A stretch of DNA of 64,000 nucleotides, from positions 1-64,000 of the forward strand of contig JBDHKN010000009.1 of the NCBI GenBank assembly GCA_039586365.1, given 5' to 3'. The DNA comes from Gemmatimonadota bacterium (GTDB taxonomy: Bacteria; Gemmatimonadota; Gemmatimonadetes; Gemmatimonadales; GWC2-71-9). The notes beneath the pieces are model-generated. The model saw nothing but the letters and a program-made list of their open reading frames with translations, ran no database searches and was not told the DNA's origin. Shown one piece after another: positions 18,014 through 27,174 of this stretch (position 1 is the stretch's first letter; each line of letters starts with the position of its first letter). The position numbers were made by a program, and so were the translations under genes.

Positions 18014-18727
18014 TCAATTCCCTCCTGGATACCCTTCCATCAATGACGACGGGTAGCCGTTGTCGGGATTCTGTCCTTCCTCCAACAGCGTCTTGATTCT
18101 GGTGGGCCCCCGGTTGTAGGCCAGCAGCGCCAGACGCATGTCACCGTAGGTTTCCATCAGGTCGCGCAGGAATCGGAAACCGATCCTCAGGTTGGTTTCC
18201 GGCTCATAGAGTTGTTCGGCTGTGATGGAGGGATCGTAAAAACGCGCTGTTGCAACCTGAACCTGGGCCAAACCGAGAGCTTTGGCTGTGCTCGTGGCCC
18301 GCGGGTTGAATCCACTCTCCAAGTTCACCAAGCGGAATCCCAGTTCCGGATCGATTCCCTCACGGAGTGCGATGTCGTAAACCAGAGCAGTGAAATCGGC
18401 AGGAATCCGATAGCGTGTGGAGTAGAGCAATAGCGATTCGGCACGCTCGAGCTTGAGTCGGACCAACTCCAATTCAGCCGTTGTCGAGTCGAGTGTGGTC
18501 CGCAGCCTCGCGTATTCGGAAAGGACGGCCGCACCAGTGTAGGTCTCGGATTCCGCTGATGCCGTCGCCCGGGGTGGCCATCCTCCTACCACGGTCGCGA
18601 ACAGAATGAGTGCTGCAAACAGGGCCAATCCCCGCAGTATCAACTTCTGTGTTGCCGAGAATCGGTTCCGACCGTGCCGCGGAGCTACGGTTGCCTCAGC
18701 GATCAGGCGCTTTGTCAGGTCCACCAT
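18014..18727 (-). CDS. Lytic transglycosylase (SLT domain) with N-terminal membrane anchor
   Basis: VNLESGFNPRATS, ALGLAQV, LYEPETNLRIG, ALLAYNRGP. Confidence 0.9.
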   Translation of the reverse strand: MVDLTKRLIAEATVAPRHGRNRFSATQKLILRGLALFAALILFATVVGGWPPRATASAESETYTGAAVLSEYARLRTTLDSTTAELELVRLKLERAESLLLYSTRYRIPADFTALVYDIALREGIDPELGFRLVNLESGFNPRATSTAKALGLAQVQVATARFYDPSITAEQLYEPETNLRIGFRFLRDLMETYGDMRLALLAYNRGPTRIKTLLEEGQNPDNGYPSSLMEGYPGGN

Positions 18728-18784
18728 CCTTAGATCTCTACCTCCATCTCTTATTCTCTACCTCCATCTTTCATTCTCTACCTC
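18725..18784 (-). repeat. Three tandem 20-nt units, GAGGTAGAGA-N7-ATG
   Basis: Minus strand reads GAGGTAGAGAATGAAAGATG / GAGGTAGAGAATAAGAGATG / GAGGTAGAGATCTAAGGATG. Confidence 0.85.
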
Positions 18785-19281
18785 TCCTCATGGGGAAGTT
18801 GGTTGTCTGGCTGCCGTCGCCAGTCACCGTGAGTCCCGCCGGTCTTCTCCAACAGCCGGACCCCCCCTATCTCCATCGTGTGGCCGGCTGCTTTGACCAT
18901 GTCGTAAACCGTGAGTAATGCTGCCGTAACTGCAGTCAAAGCCTCCATCTCAACCCCCGTCTTGCCTTCCGCTTTGACCTCAGCTTCAACGCGCACGCCC
19001 GCCAAGCTCCGATCCGCAACGGCAACCACTCGGACGTGATCCAGTGGCACTGGGTGGCACAGTGGAATCAGCTCACTGGTACGCTTTGCTGCGGTTACCC
19101 CGGCCAGCTCCGCTGTCGTCAGTACGTGACCCTTGGGTCCTGAGTTCTCCTCGACCAGTGCCAGTGCCGCCGCGGACATTCTGATGACGCCAGTGGCCAA
19201 AGCCGTGCGGACCGACGACGGTTTTCCGCCAACATCCACCATTCTGGCCCGGCCACTCCCATCCACGTGCGAGAGGGTCAC
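18778..19281 (-). CDS. moaC: Cyclic pyranopterin monophosphate synthase
   Basis: LSHVD..GRARMVDVG, AAKRTSELIPLCHP, KTGVEMEALTAV, LTVYDMVKA, EKTGG. Confidence 0.97.
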   Translation of the reverse strand: MTLSHVDGSGRARMVDVGGKPSSVRTALATGVIRMSAAALALVEENSGPKGHVLTTAELAGVTAAKRTSELIPLCHPVPLDHVRVVAVADRSLAGVRVEAEVKAEGKTGVEMEALTAVTAALLTVYDMVKAAGHTMEIGGVRLLEKTGGTHGDWRRQPDNQLPHEER

Positions 19282-20333
19282 AACAGCCGCTCCAAATCAC
19301 TGGCCAAGACGGCCATGGCTAGCTGAGGGTTGGCGTTGGCTTGGGCTTCGGCTCGGGTCTCCTCGACCCGGCGCAGTGCCGCAATGCGGTACTCCAGGTC
19401 GTTGCCCGCCAACGTGTCTGCGGCCAACCTGTCACGCAGCCTGACGGCTAGCGCCTCCAGGATTGCGGAGAAGTCACCCCTTGCCGCCCAAGGCGCCTGC
19501 GCCAGTGTACGGAGTGACCACTCACTTGCTCCACCTTCGATGGCCTTGAGCAAATCTTCCGCAGCCCTATCCGCTTCGTTGTCACTATCCTGCGCCCATA
19601 GGGCGCGTCCGATGCTCCCGTCGGCCAAGAGTGTGCGCCGTTTCAAGGCTTCCCCCTTCATGGGGGGGTCAATTTCACGTTGGAGGAATTCCTGGACCTC
19701 GGCGTCCCCCACTCGAGTAACCCGTAGGGGCACGAGCCGCGACCGTATGGTCGGCAAGAGGCCTTGTGGCTCGGATGCGGTCAGGATTATCACGGTGTCG
19801 CTCGGCGGCTCCTCGAGCACCTTGAGCAGCGCGTTCGCCGCCTCTTGACTGGCCTCCTGGACCACGAGGCGCTCGGCATCACCGAGTACGACCACCTTGC
19901 ACGGACCCTGGAACGGGGTCAATGAAACCACGCGCTGAAGCAATCTGATTGACGCCAACGCGTGGCTGACCATGCCTTCGGCACGCCGATAGAGGGGCTG
20001 GTTGCGCCGCTCCTGCATGACCTCCGCCAACAGCTCCTTCACCTGCTCGACCTGCTTGTCGGAATCCCCGGTCTTGGGACGTGGGACCGGGACGAACCAG
20101 TGCAGGTCCGGGTGACTGAGGCGGAGTACCTGAGCACAGGCCGAACATTTACCGCACGGTTCCCCTGGTCCTGTTTGGCACAACAGTCCCTGGGCAACCC
20201 AGAGCGCCAACCTCTGCTTGCCCACGCCCGGCGCGCCAGCAAACAGCGCTGCTTGCGGGAACCGGCTGGAGGCGAGGGCGCCTGCCAGCCGGTGCAACAA
20301 GGCCGTGTGGCCGTAAATTGGCCGTAGATTCAT
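19278..20333 (-). CDS. holB: DNA polymerase III subunit delta'
   Basis: LFAGAPGVGK, Zn module LLC...PCGKCSAC, HPDLH, AANALLKVLEEPP, LLPTIRSR. Confidence 0.92.
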   Translation of the reverse strand: MNLRPIYGHTALLHRLAGALASSRFPQAALFAGAPGVGKQRLALWVAQGLLCQTGPGEPCGKCSACAQVLRLSHPDLHWFVPVPRPKTGDSDKQVEQVKELLAEVMQERRNQPLYRRAEGMVSHALASIRLLQRVVSLTPFQGPCKVVVLGDAERLVVQEASQEAANALLKVLEEPPSDTVIILTASEPQGLLPTIRSRLVPLRVTRVGDAEVQEFLQREIDPPMKGEALKRRTLLADGSIGRALWAQDSDNEADRAAEDLLKAIEGGASEWSLRTLAQAPWAARGDFSAILEALAVRLRDRLAADTLAGNDLEYRIAALRRVEETRAEAQANANPQLAMAVLASDLERLL

Positions 20334-20667
20334 CGGTCCCTAATCTAGTGACCCTGGGTTTTTCGGGGTAGTGGAGGGGAGATAAATGGTTATTTGGTAA
20401 ACTTTTACGCCGATTCTGCGGAGCTATGCTGGGGGTCTCGACATGGAGTGCCAATTATGTGAGCGCTCGCTCATTTGCTGTAGTTCGGTAAGGCTACACT
20501 GCCAAGAATAGCGAAGCCAGATCTTGTAGTGACTCTATGCCAGCGCCATGAAGGTGACTTGACGGTGGCGGCATTGTGAAATGCTCTCTGCAGCACCCCG
20601 GTCCCCTATTGTACCAGTCTGGCGGGCAGACATATTTGCACCGTACGCTGGAAAATGGGGGTTGATT

Positions 20668-22380
20668 GTGAGATCCAAGTTGCTAGGCCAGGCAGCTGTT
20701 ATCCTCTTCAACGGTGCGCTGGCAGGTTGTGTGTGTATCTCTGCATGTGGAGGTGCCGACGTGGCAGATCTGGCATTGACGGGAGGTTTGGTCTGGGAGG
20801 GGACGGCGCCTGTGCCGTCTGATGCCGCTGAGCCTACGGCAATAGCCATTGCTGATGGCAGAGTTATGGCTGTTGGCACAGATGCCGAAATTGGGGCGTT
20901 GGTCGGCCCCGACACACGACGCATCGAGCTGGCGGGTCGGAGGGTGGTGCCCGGATTCATGGACGCCCACACCCACTTCCTCGACGGGGGTTTTACCCTC
21001 GCGGGTGTGCAACTCAGGGATGCGGCAACACCCGCCGAGTTCGCGAGCCGAATCGGCGCATTTGCGGGGGAACACCCGGGGGCATGGGTGGTGGGCGGTA
21101 CCTGGGATCATGAGCTGTGGGGTGGGGAACTCCCCCGGCGTGATTGGATAGACTCGCTGACTTCGGAGACGCCCGTGTTCGTTGCCAGGCTTGACGGCCA
21201 TATGAGCTTGGCAAACAGCAAGGCCCTTGCGGTGGCAGGGATTACGGCCGCCACGGTAGATCCGCCTGGAGGGACTGTGGTGCGCTATGGGGATGGCCGG
21301 CCCACTGGGATTCTCAAAGACGCTGCCCAGGATCTCGTTGCTCGAGTGATCCCGGACCGTAAAGAGGCGGAGCTGGATCGAGCTCTGGATGCAGCGGCGG
21401 AGCATGCGCTAGCCCGAGGCGTGACCTTCGTGGCAGATATGGGGACGTGGGAGGGATTAGAGGCCTATCGCCGCGCAAAGGAGCGCGGGAACCTTCCACT
21501 GCGTGTGTATGCAGTTGTGCCGCTAGTGACGGAGCAGCGCCTCAAGCAGTTCGTCGACCAACACGGGAGGGGTGACGACCGGCTGTTCTGGGGAGGTCTC
21601 AAGGCCTTTGTGGACGGCTCGCTCGGTTCCACGACAGCATGGTTCTACGAGCCCTATGAAGACGAGCCGAGCACGACGGGATTGCTGGTGACCGATACTG
21701 CGAACCTGCGAGAGGGAATGATCGCAGGCGACCGTGACGGGTTCCAGCTAATCGTGCACGCCATCGGTGATCGAGCCAACGATTGGCTGTTGGACGCTTA
21801 TGCCGCGACCAGAGCGGCCAATGGAGAGCGGGACCGACGCCCACGGATTGAGCATGCGCAGCATCTCAGCAGGGACGCGATCACGCGCTTTGCTGAACTG
21901 GGTGTGGTCCCGTCTATGCAACCGTATCACGCTATCGACGACGGGCGCTGGGCCGAGAAGCGGATCGGTCCGGAGCGAATCAAGACGACATATGCGTTCC
22001 GCGATCTGCTGGACGCGCATGCTTCGCTTGCCTTCGGCAGCGATTGGACCGTTGCCCCGATCGATCCGTTGCTCGGCATCTATGCTGCTGTAACAAGACG
22101 GACCACAGATGGAGTGACTCCCCAAGGATGGGTCCCCGAGCAGAAGATAGCGGTCGCCGAGGCCGTGAAGGCCTACACCACTGGTACTGCGTACTCGGTG
22201 TATCTGGAGGATGTGTTGGGCACGCTGGAGCCCGGCAAGCACGCCGACTTGGTTGTTCTGTCTGACGACATCTTCGCGATCGACCCAGCTGGGATCGAGG
22301 CCGTGAAGGTAGACCTGACACTTGTGGCAGGGGAGGTAATGTATGAACGGGAAGCGGGGAGCGGGGGGCCGGAGTCCTAG
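20668..22380 (+). CDS. Amidohydrolase (YtcJ-like, Amidohydro_3), probable lipoprotein
   Basis: PGFMDAHTH, DGHMSLANSKAL, KAFVDGSLGSTTA, HAIGDRAN, RIEHAQH, FGSDW, GKHADLVVL; start GTG 20668 inferred (ORF is open from 20581). Confidence 0.9.
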   Translation: MRSKLLGQAAVILFNGALAGCVCISACGGADVADLALTGGLVWEGTAPVPSDAAEPTAIAIADGRVMAVGTDAEIGALVGPDTRRIELAGRRVVPGFMDAHTHFLDGGFTLAGVQLRDAATPAEFASRIGAFAGEHPGAWVVGGTWDHELWGGELPRRDWIDSLTSETPVFVARLDGHMSLANSKALAVAGITAATVDPPGGTVVRYGDGRPTGILKDAAQDLVARVIPDRKEAELDRALDAAAEHALARGVTFVADMGTWEGLEAYRRAKERGNLPLRVYAVVPLVTEQRLKQFVDQHGRGDDRLFWGGLKAFVDGSLGSTTAWFYEPYEDEPSTTGLLVTDTANLREGMIAGDRDGFQLIVHAIGDRANDWLLDAYAATRAANGERDRRPRIEHAQHLSRDAITRFAELGVVPSMQPYHAIDDGRWAEKRIGPERIKTTYAFRDLLDAHASLAFGSDWTVAPIDPLLGIYAAVTRRTTDGVTPQGWVPEQKIAVAEAVKAYTTGTAYSVYLEDVLGTLEPGKHADLVVLSDDIFAIDPAGIEAVKVDLTLVAGEVMYEREAGSGGPES

Positions 22381-22540
22381 GAAGCTAGCCGCGGAGATGC
22401 TGAAGGGGGGGCACTACGTTACCGGGCCACTTCGTGTGGCTGTTTGGCCCCGAAAGCGCTGACGGCTGATAGTTGATCACCGCCTTTTCCCCAACCGCCG
22501 CCATCGGTACAATTCGCTGCCGACTTCCGATAGATGTGAA

Positions 22541-24616
22541 ATGACACGAGCCGAGACTGCAGTGCAGTCCGGGCCTCGACCGCCCGGAGACTTGAATCCA
22601 CGACGGGATCCTCCACTGGACTTTCCCGACGCGGATTATGGGGAGCTCTCAGTTGCCGACTACCAAGCGCTGGGATTCATGGCTGGCCTCGAGGTGCATC
22701 AACAGCTGGTGACTCGCTCCAAGCTGTTTTGCCGCTGCCCGGCCGGACGCAGGGCGAAGGTATATGATGCGGAGGTACTCCGGCATATGCGCCCGACCTT
22801 GAGTGAACTCGGCGAATATGATGGTACCGCGCTCATGGAATTCAAGACGCGGAAGGAGATCGTTTACCAGCTGGAACGTGGATCCGTGTGTACCTATGAG
22901 ATGGACGACACACCTCCATTTGAGGTGGATCAGGAGGCTGTGCGGGCCGCCCTCGAAATAGCACAGCTCCTTGATCTGAATCTGGTTTCCGAGTTGCATG
23001 TGATGCGGAAGCAGTATCTGGACGGCTCGATCCCCACCGGATTCCAGCGCACTGCGATGGTCGGGCTGAACGGAACAATTCCGTTCAAGGTCCCGGAACT
23101 CGGTGTGAACCGGGAGCTGCACATCCGACAACTCTCCTTGGAAGAAGACTCGTGCCGCGAAGTAACCGACATTGGTCACCGAATCACCTTTCACACTGAT
23201 CGGCTGGGAACGCCACTCACGGAGACGGTCACCGAGCCGGAATTGTACACTCCTTTGGAGTTGCAGGCAGCGGGGCGGTGGTTAGCCCAGATTGCGCAGG
23301 CTACGCGCAAGGTGCGCCGAGGACCTGGTGCTGCGCGACAGGATGTAAACGTCTCGGTAGCAGGTGGTCGCCGCGTGGAGATAAAGGGCGTGGACAACCA
23401 TCGGGGGTTGCCCCAGCTAGTGCACATCGAAGCGTTTCGCCAATTGAACTTGCTCCGCCTCCGCGCTGAACTCCACCGCCGCGGCGTCGTCAAGGAACTG
23501 CTCGATGTACCGGCCGTCGGCTGGCCGTGGGAGGAATCCGCGAACGTCGTCGACGCTGGGGCCGCACTCTTGGACTGTGATTTCGCTCCTATCCAGCAGG
23601 CTTTGGAACGAGGAGAGAAGATATGTGCAGTGAGATTGCCGGGGTTCGGTGGATTGCTGGCCCGCCGGACCCAACCTGGCACATCGTTCGCACGTGAGTT
23701 CGCGGACCGGATCCGAGTGATCGCATGCCCGGAGCACCGACCGTTCCTGATCCACTCAGATCTCACGGATTACGGGCTGGATCCGCGGCAGTGGCGCGCC
23801 CTCGGCAAACAACTGAAGAGTGAGCCCGGTGACGCACTCATCGTGGTCTGGGCTCCGGAGCAGGATGCAGCGACGGCAGTGCGGGAACTTTTCATTCGCG
23901 CCCAAGACGCACTCGTGGGCATCCCAGCCGAGACGCGGCAGGCATTTAGTGATGGTACGAACGGCTTTGAGCGCATCTTGCCCGGTCCTGACCGGATGTA
24001 CCCCGATACGGACACTCCGCCACTGCCCATAGCGGACGCGCTAGTGGCGGAGATAGAGGCGCTGCTGCCTGAGGCACCTTGGCAGCGGGAAGAGCGCTAC
24101 CTCGAACTCGGTCTCGACGCGCGTACAGCACGGCGGTTGGTTGACTCCTGGTGGGCCGACCTGTTCGACGAGTTGGAGCCGCCGGCGGGGGACGTGGCTC
24201 GCAGGATAGCAACCGCCCTCGAAAAGCGGCTCCCGTATCATCGCCGAAAAGGACGGCTCGAGGGTATCCGGGCGGCCAGGCGTCTGGCCCCACTGATTCA
24301 CGCACTTGAGTCGGGCGAGCTAAGGCTCGAAGCAACGGAACGTGTCCTGGATATGCTGTTCGAGCGAAGCGACATATCTGCCGACGGGGTACTCGACCAG
24401 TACTATACACGACTGCACGATCCGGCCGAACTGCAGCAACTGCTTGCCCAGATCATCAATGATGCCGAGGAGCTGGCTGGAAAGCCCTTTGACGCAGTCG
24501 TGCGGTGGGCGACAGGGAGGGTGATACCTCGCTTCTTGGGTCGGCTGGACCCTGATGCATTGGTGGGTCAATTGCTCGCAGCGCTGCGTGAGAAGGTGGT
24601 GGAGGTGGGGACATGA
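22541..24616 (+). CDS. gatE: Glu-tRNA(Gln) amidotransferase subunit E (archaeal type)
   Basis: GLEVHQQL..KLFCRCP, RPTLSELGEYD, MRKQYLDGSIPTGFQRT, LEEDSCR, DRLGTPL, VRRGPGAARQDVNVSV, EIKGV, AspRS-like insertion, ETR...PGPDRMYPDTD. Confidence 0.93.
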   Translation: MTRAETAVQSGPRPPGDLNPRRDPPLDFPDADYGELSVADYQALGFMAGLEVHQQLVTRSKLFCRCPAGRRAKVYDAEVLRHMRPTLSELGEYDGTALMEFKTRKEIVYQLERGSVCTYEMDDTPPFEVDQEAVRAALEIAQLLDLNLVSELHVMRKQYLDGSIPTGFQRTAMVGLNGTIPFKVPELGVNRELHIRQLSLEEDSCREVTDIGHRITFHTDRLGTPLTETVTEPELYTPLELQAAGRWLAQIAQATRKVRRGPGAARQDVNVSVAGGRRVEIKGVDNHRGLPQLVHIEAFRQLNLLRLRAELHRRGVVKELLDVPAVGWPWEESANVVDAGAALLDCDFAPIQQALERGEKICAVRLPGFGGLLARRTQPGTSFAREFADRIRVIACPEHRPFLIHSDLTDYGLDPRQWRALGKQLKSEPGDALIVVWAPEQDAATAVRELFIRAQDALVGIPAETRQAFSDGTNGFERILPGPDRMYPDTDTPPLPIADALVAEIEALLPEAPWQREERYLELGLDARTARRLVDSWWADLFDELEPPAGDVARRIATALEKRLPYHRRKGRLEGIRAARRLAPLIHALESGELRLEATERVLDMLFERSDISADGVLDQYYTRLHDPAELQQLLAQIINDAEELAGKPFDAVVRWATGRVIPRFLGRLDPDALVGQLLAALREKVVEVGT

Positions 24617-26007
24617 GTGACGCCGACGATCGCTACAAGGGCTATCGTGGTCCGTGCGTCGAGCTCATGAAGCAGTACGGCGTAACAGTGTGGAGCGAAG
24701 TCAGGGCGCGGACCACTCGAGGGGACTTCGAGGGTCTGCTGTTGCCCCGGTCAGAGACCAGTGACGCTGAGCATTTAGTGCTCAAGCTCATCAGCGGCTA
24801 CAATGTGGGCCTGCGCCATGACACGATTGTGTCAATGGAAAAGTGGGGGTATCGCGAGGCTCACTACAAGATACCTGAGAAAGAGTTCCCTGCCGATCCA
24901 GTGAATCCGAAGGTGAAGCTGCTAGGTACCGGAGGGACCATCGCCTCGAGGCTCGACTACCGCACCGGGGCGGTCATTCCCGCATTCAGTCCTGGAGAAC
25001 TGTATGGCTCGGTACCGGAGCTCGCCGACATCTGCAATCTCGAGACCGAGAAACTGTTCGGTGTGTTCTCCGAGAACATGGGACCCGAACAGTATCTGAT
25101 CCTGGCGCAGAAGGTAGGTGAAGCAATCACTGAAGGATACGACGGAGTCGTTATCGGCCATGGTACCGACACGATGCACCACACAGCCGCTGCGTTGAGT
25201 TTCATGGTTCAGCGACCTCCGGTACCGATCATCATGGTGGGAAGCCAGCGCTCCTCTGATCGCCCTTCCTCCGACGCGGCGCAGAACCTGATCAACGCCA
25301 CCTGGGCCGCAGCTCACGGCCCGATCGCCGAAGTGCTGGTGTGCATGTTCGGGCCCACCTCTGATCGATACAACTTGCTGCACCGTGGGACTCGGGTGCG
25401 GAAGATGCACAGTTCCTACCGTAGCACCTTTCGCACAGTGGGGGACATACCTTTGGCCATGGTTGAGAAGGGGATAATAACCCCGCTAAAGAACGACTTC
25501 CAGCCGCGGCGCCGCGACACGGAAGTGGACGTCAGCGCCGTGTTCGAAGAGCGGGTCACGCTCACGTACTACTACCCGGGGATGCATTCAGATGTGATCG
25601 ACTGTCTGATAGACCGAGGCTACAAGGGGATCGTCATCGCAGGAACTGGACTCGGGCACGTGAATCGCAAGATCTATCCCGCGCTGGAGCGGGCCCGCGA
25701 TGCTGGTGTGCAAGTTTACATGACGTTGCAGACGTTGTGGGGTTTCGTGCAGATGCATGTCTACGAAACCGGCCGTGAGATTCTGGGGCTCGGCGTGATT
25801 CCCCTCCAGAACATGTTGCCCGAAGTGGCTTACATCAAGCTGGGTTGGGCGTTGGGTGTTCACCCCGATGATCCCTCAGCGGTACGCAGTCTCATGCAAG
25901 CAGTTGTTGCTGGTGAGACGACTGAGAGAGAGCCGCACGACGGCTATCTGGTGTTGCAGGGCGGAGTGCCGGAAGTGCAAGAATTCCTGGAGAAGGTGTG
26001 GAGGTGA
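24613..26007 (+). CDS. gatD: Glu-tRNA(Gln) amidotransferase subunit D (glutaminase)
   Basis: GatD N-domain EGLLLPR...LKLISGYNVG; TGGTIASRLDYRTGAV, FSENM, HGTDTM, GSQRSSDRPSSDA, RKMHSS, MLPEVAYIKL; ATGA-coupled to gatE. Confidence 0.94.
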   Translation: MSDADDRYKGYRGPCVELMKQYGVTVWSEVRARTTRGDFEGLLLPRSETSDAEHLVLKLISGYNVGLRHDTIVSMEKWGYREAHYKIPEKEFPADPVNPKVKLLGTGGTIASRLDYRTGAVIPAFSPGELYGSVPELADICNLETEKLFGVFSENMGPEQYLILAQKVGEAITEGYDGVVIGHGTDTMHHTAAALSFMVQRPPVPIIMVGSQRSSDRPSSDAAQNLINATWAAAHGPIAEVLVCMFGPTSDRYNLLHRGTRVRKMHSSYRSTFRTVGDIPLAMVEKGIITPLKNDFQPRRRDTEVDVSAVFEERVTLTYYYPGMHSDVIDCLIDRGYKGIVIAGTGLGHVNRKIYPALERARDAGVQVYMTLQTLWGFVQMHVYETGREILGLGVIPLQNMLPEVAYIKLGWALGVHPDDPSAVRSLMQAVVAGETTEREPHDGYLVLQGGVPEVQEFLEKVWR

Positions 26008-26076
26008 GCGAGATGCGGTTAACGGAATCGCAGCTGCGCTCTGGTCAGCCACCACCACATCCCGCCGCCCGCCTAC

Positions 26077-27174
26077 TCATCTGTGGCGCCAGATCCTCCA
26101 GCGGTCTGCAATGTTGTCGCCCTTGACCACGTAAAACTCATCGAACTGAGCAACGGCAAGGCACGCATGGTTGGGGAGTATGCGGACCTTTGTCCCGACT
26201 GACAGGGGATAATTGACAGTGCCGTGCTCCTGGCTCACGGAGGTGACTCGAAAGTCACGCTGCAACACGCCATTCGAGTAGTCGTCGAATATCTCACCCA
26301 TGGTCCGCGGCTGCGCGTCCACAGGTCCAGCATCCTTCGATAGAGCGAGCGCGCCGGCGTCAATGACGCAGTGTCCCATGCCTGGTTGGGTCGATACTAC
26401 GCTTGCCAGAACGGTGACGGCACAATCCGGCACCGAACACGATCCGATCACTGTCTGGTTGTGATCATACAGGGCGTAGTTGCCTGGTCTCACCTCGGTA
26501 ACACCGTGCAAGTGTTCGACAGAGCTCATCGCCGGTGTGGACCCGACACTGATGTTCGACACATCGATTGCTCCGTCTCTCCTGAGCCGGTCCGCAAACT
26601 CCACCATTATCAGCCGCTCTTGCTCGGCGACCTGCTTCAGCGCATCTCTTCCGCGTGCCTGGTAAGAATGTCCCGAGTGCGTCAGAATTCCGTCGAATGT
26701 GAGCGTCGGAGACTCGAACAGCTCGCGTGCCAACGTGAGGGCGACTTCGCTTGTCGGATCCACTCCGGCTCTATGATAGCCGCAATCGACCTTGATCCAG
26801 ACGTGAAACGGATAGCCAGTGCTTTGAAGCCGACAAAGGGCGTCAGGTGTGTCCACAACGAGCCGCAGCGTGAGGCGCTCAGCCAGGTGCTTTGCCTCAT
26901 CGATTCGGCTCAGGACCACCGGGAACGCCCAAGTGATGTCAGCAAACCCGTGATCAGCGAATATGCGTGCTTCTTCCAGCGTGGCTACTGTGATGCCACT
27001 TGCGCCGAGTGACTGCTGCATCCGTCCGATCTCGATGCACTTATGGCTCTTGATATGGGGACGTAGAGCCACACCCAGCTCACGGCTCCGGGCTGCCATT
27101 GTCCCCAGATTGGACTCGAGCTTATCGAGATCGAGGAGCAACGCTGGTGTGGCTAGCTCTGCGATCTCGGTCAT
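26077..27174 (-). CDS. Fold-type III PLP enzyme (D-serine dehydratase / D-threonine aldolase-like, DSD1 family)
   Basis: TPALLLD, LRPHIKSHK, VDCGYHRAGV, HSGHSY, GSTP, EVRPGNY, DAGALALSKD, QEHG, PNHAC. Confidence 0.9.
   Translation of the reverse strand: MTEIAELATPALLLDLDKLESNLGTMAARSRELGVALRPHIKSHKCIEIGRMQQSLGASGITVATLEEARIFADHGFADITWAFPVVLSRIDEAKHLAERLTLRLVVDTPDALCRLQSTGYPFHVWIKVDCGYHRAGVDPTSEVALTLARELFESPTLTFDGILTHSGHSYQARGRDALKQVAEQERLIMVEFADRLRRDGAIDVSNISVGSTPAMSSVEHLHGVTEVRPGNYALYDHNQTVIGSCSVPDCAVTVLASVVSTQPGMGHCVIDAGALALSKDAGPVDAQPRTMGEIFDDYSNGVLQRDFRVTSVSQEHGTVNYPLSVGTKVRILPNHACLAVAQFDEFYVVKGDNIADRWRIWRHR

Noticed and set aside
18725..18784. Mini CRISPR array
   Set aside because: The units are contiguous 20-mers with no unique spacers, and no cas genes are present.
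20383..20408. AT-rich imperfect palindrome (TAAAT-N15-TTTTA) as a dif or IHF site
   Set aside because: Too many mismatches to either consensus; likely part of the divergent promoter region.
24613..26007. Ordinary type I L-asparaginase
   Set aside because: It has the GatD-specific N-terminal domain and the SSDRPSSD motif, and is coupled to gatE.
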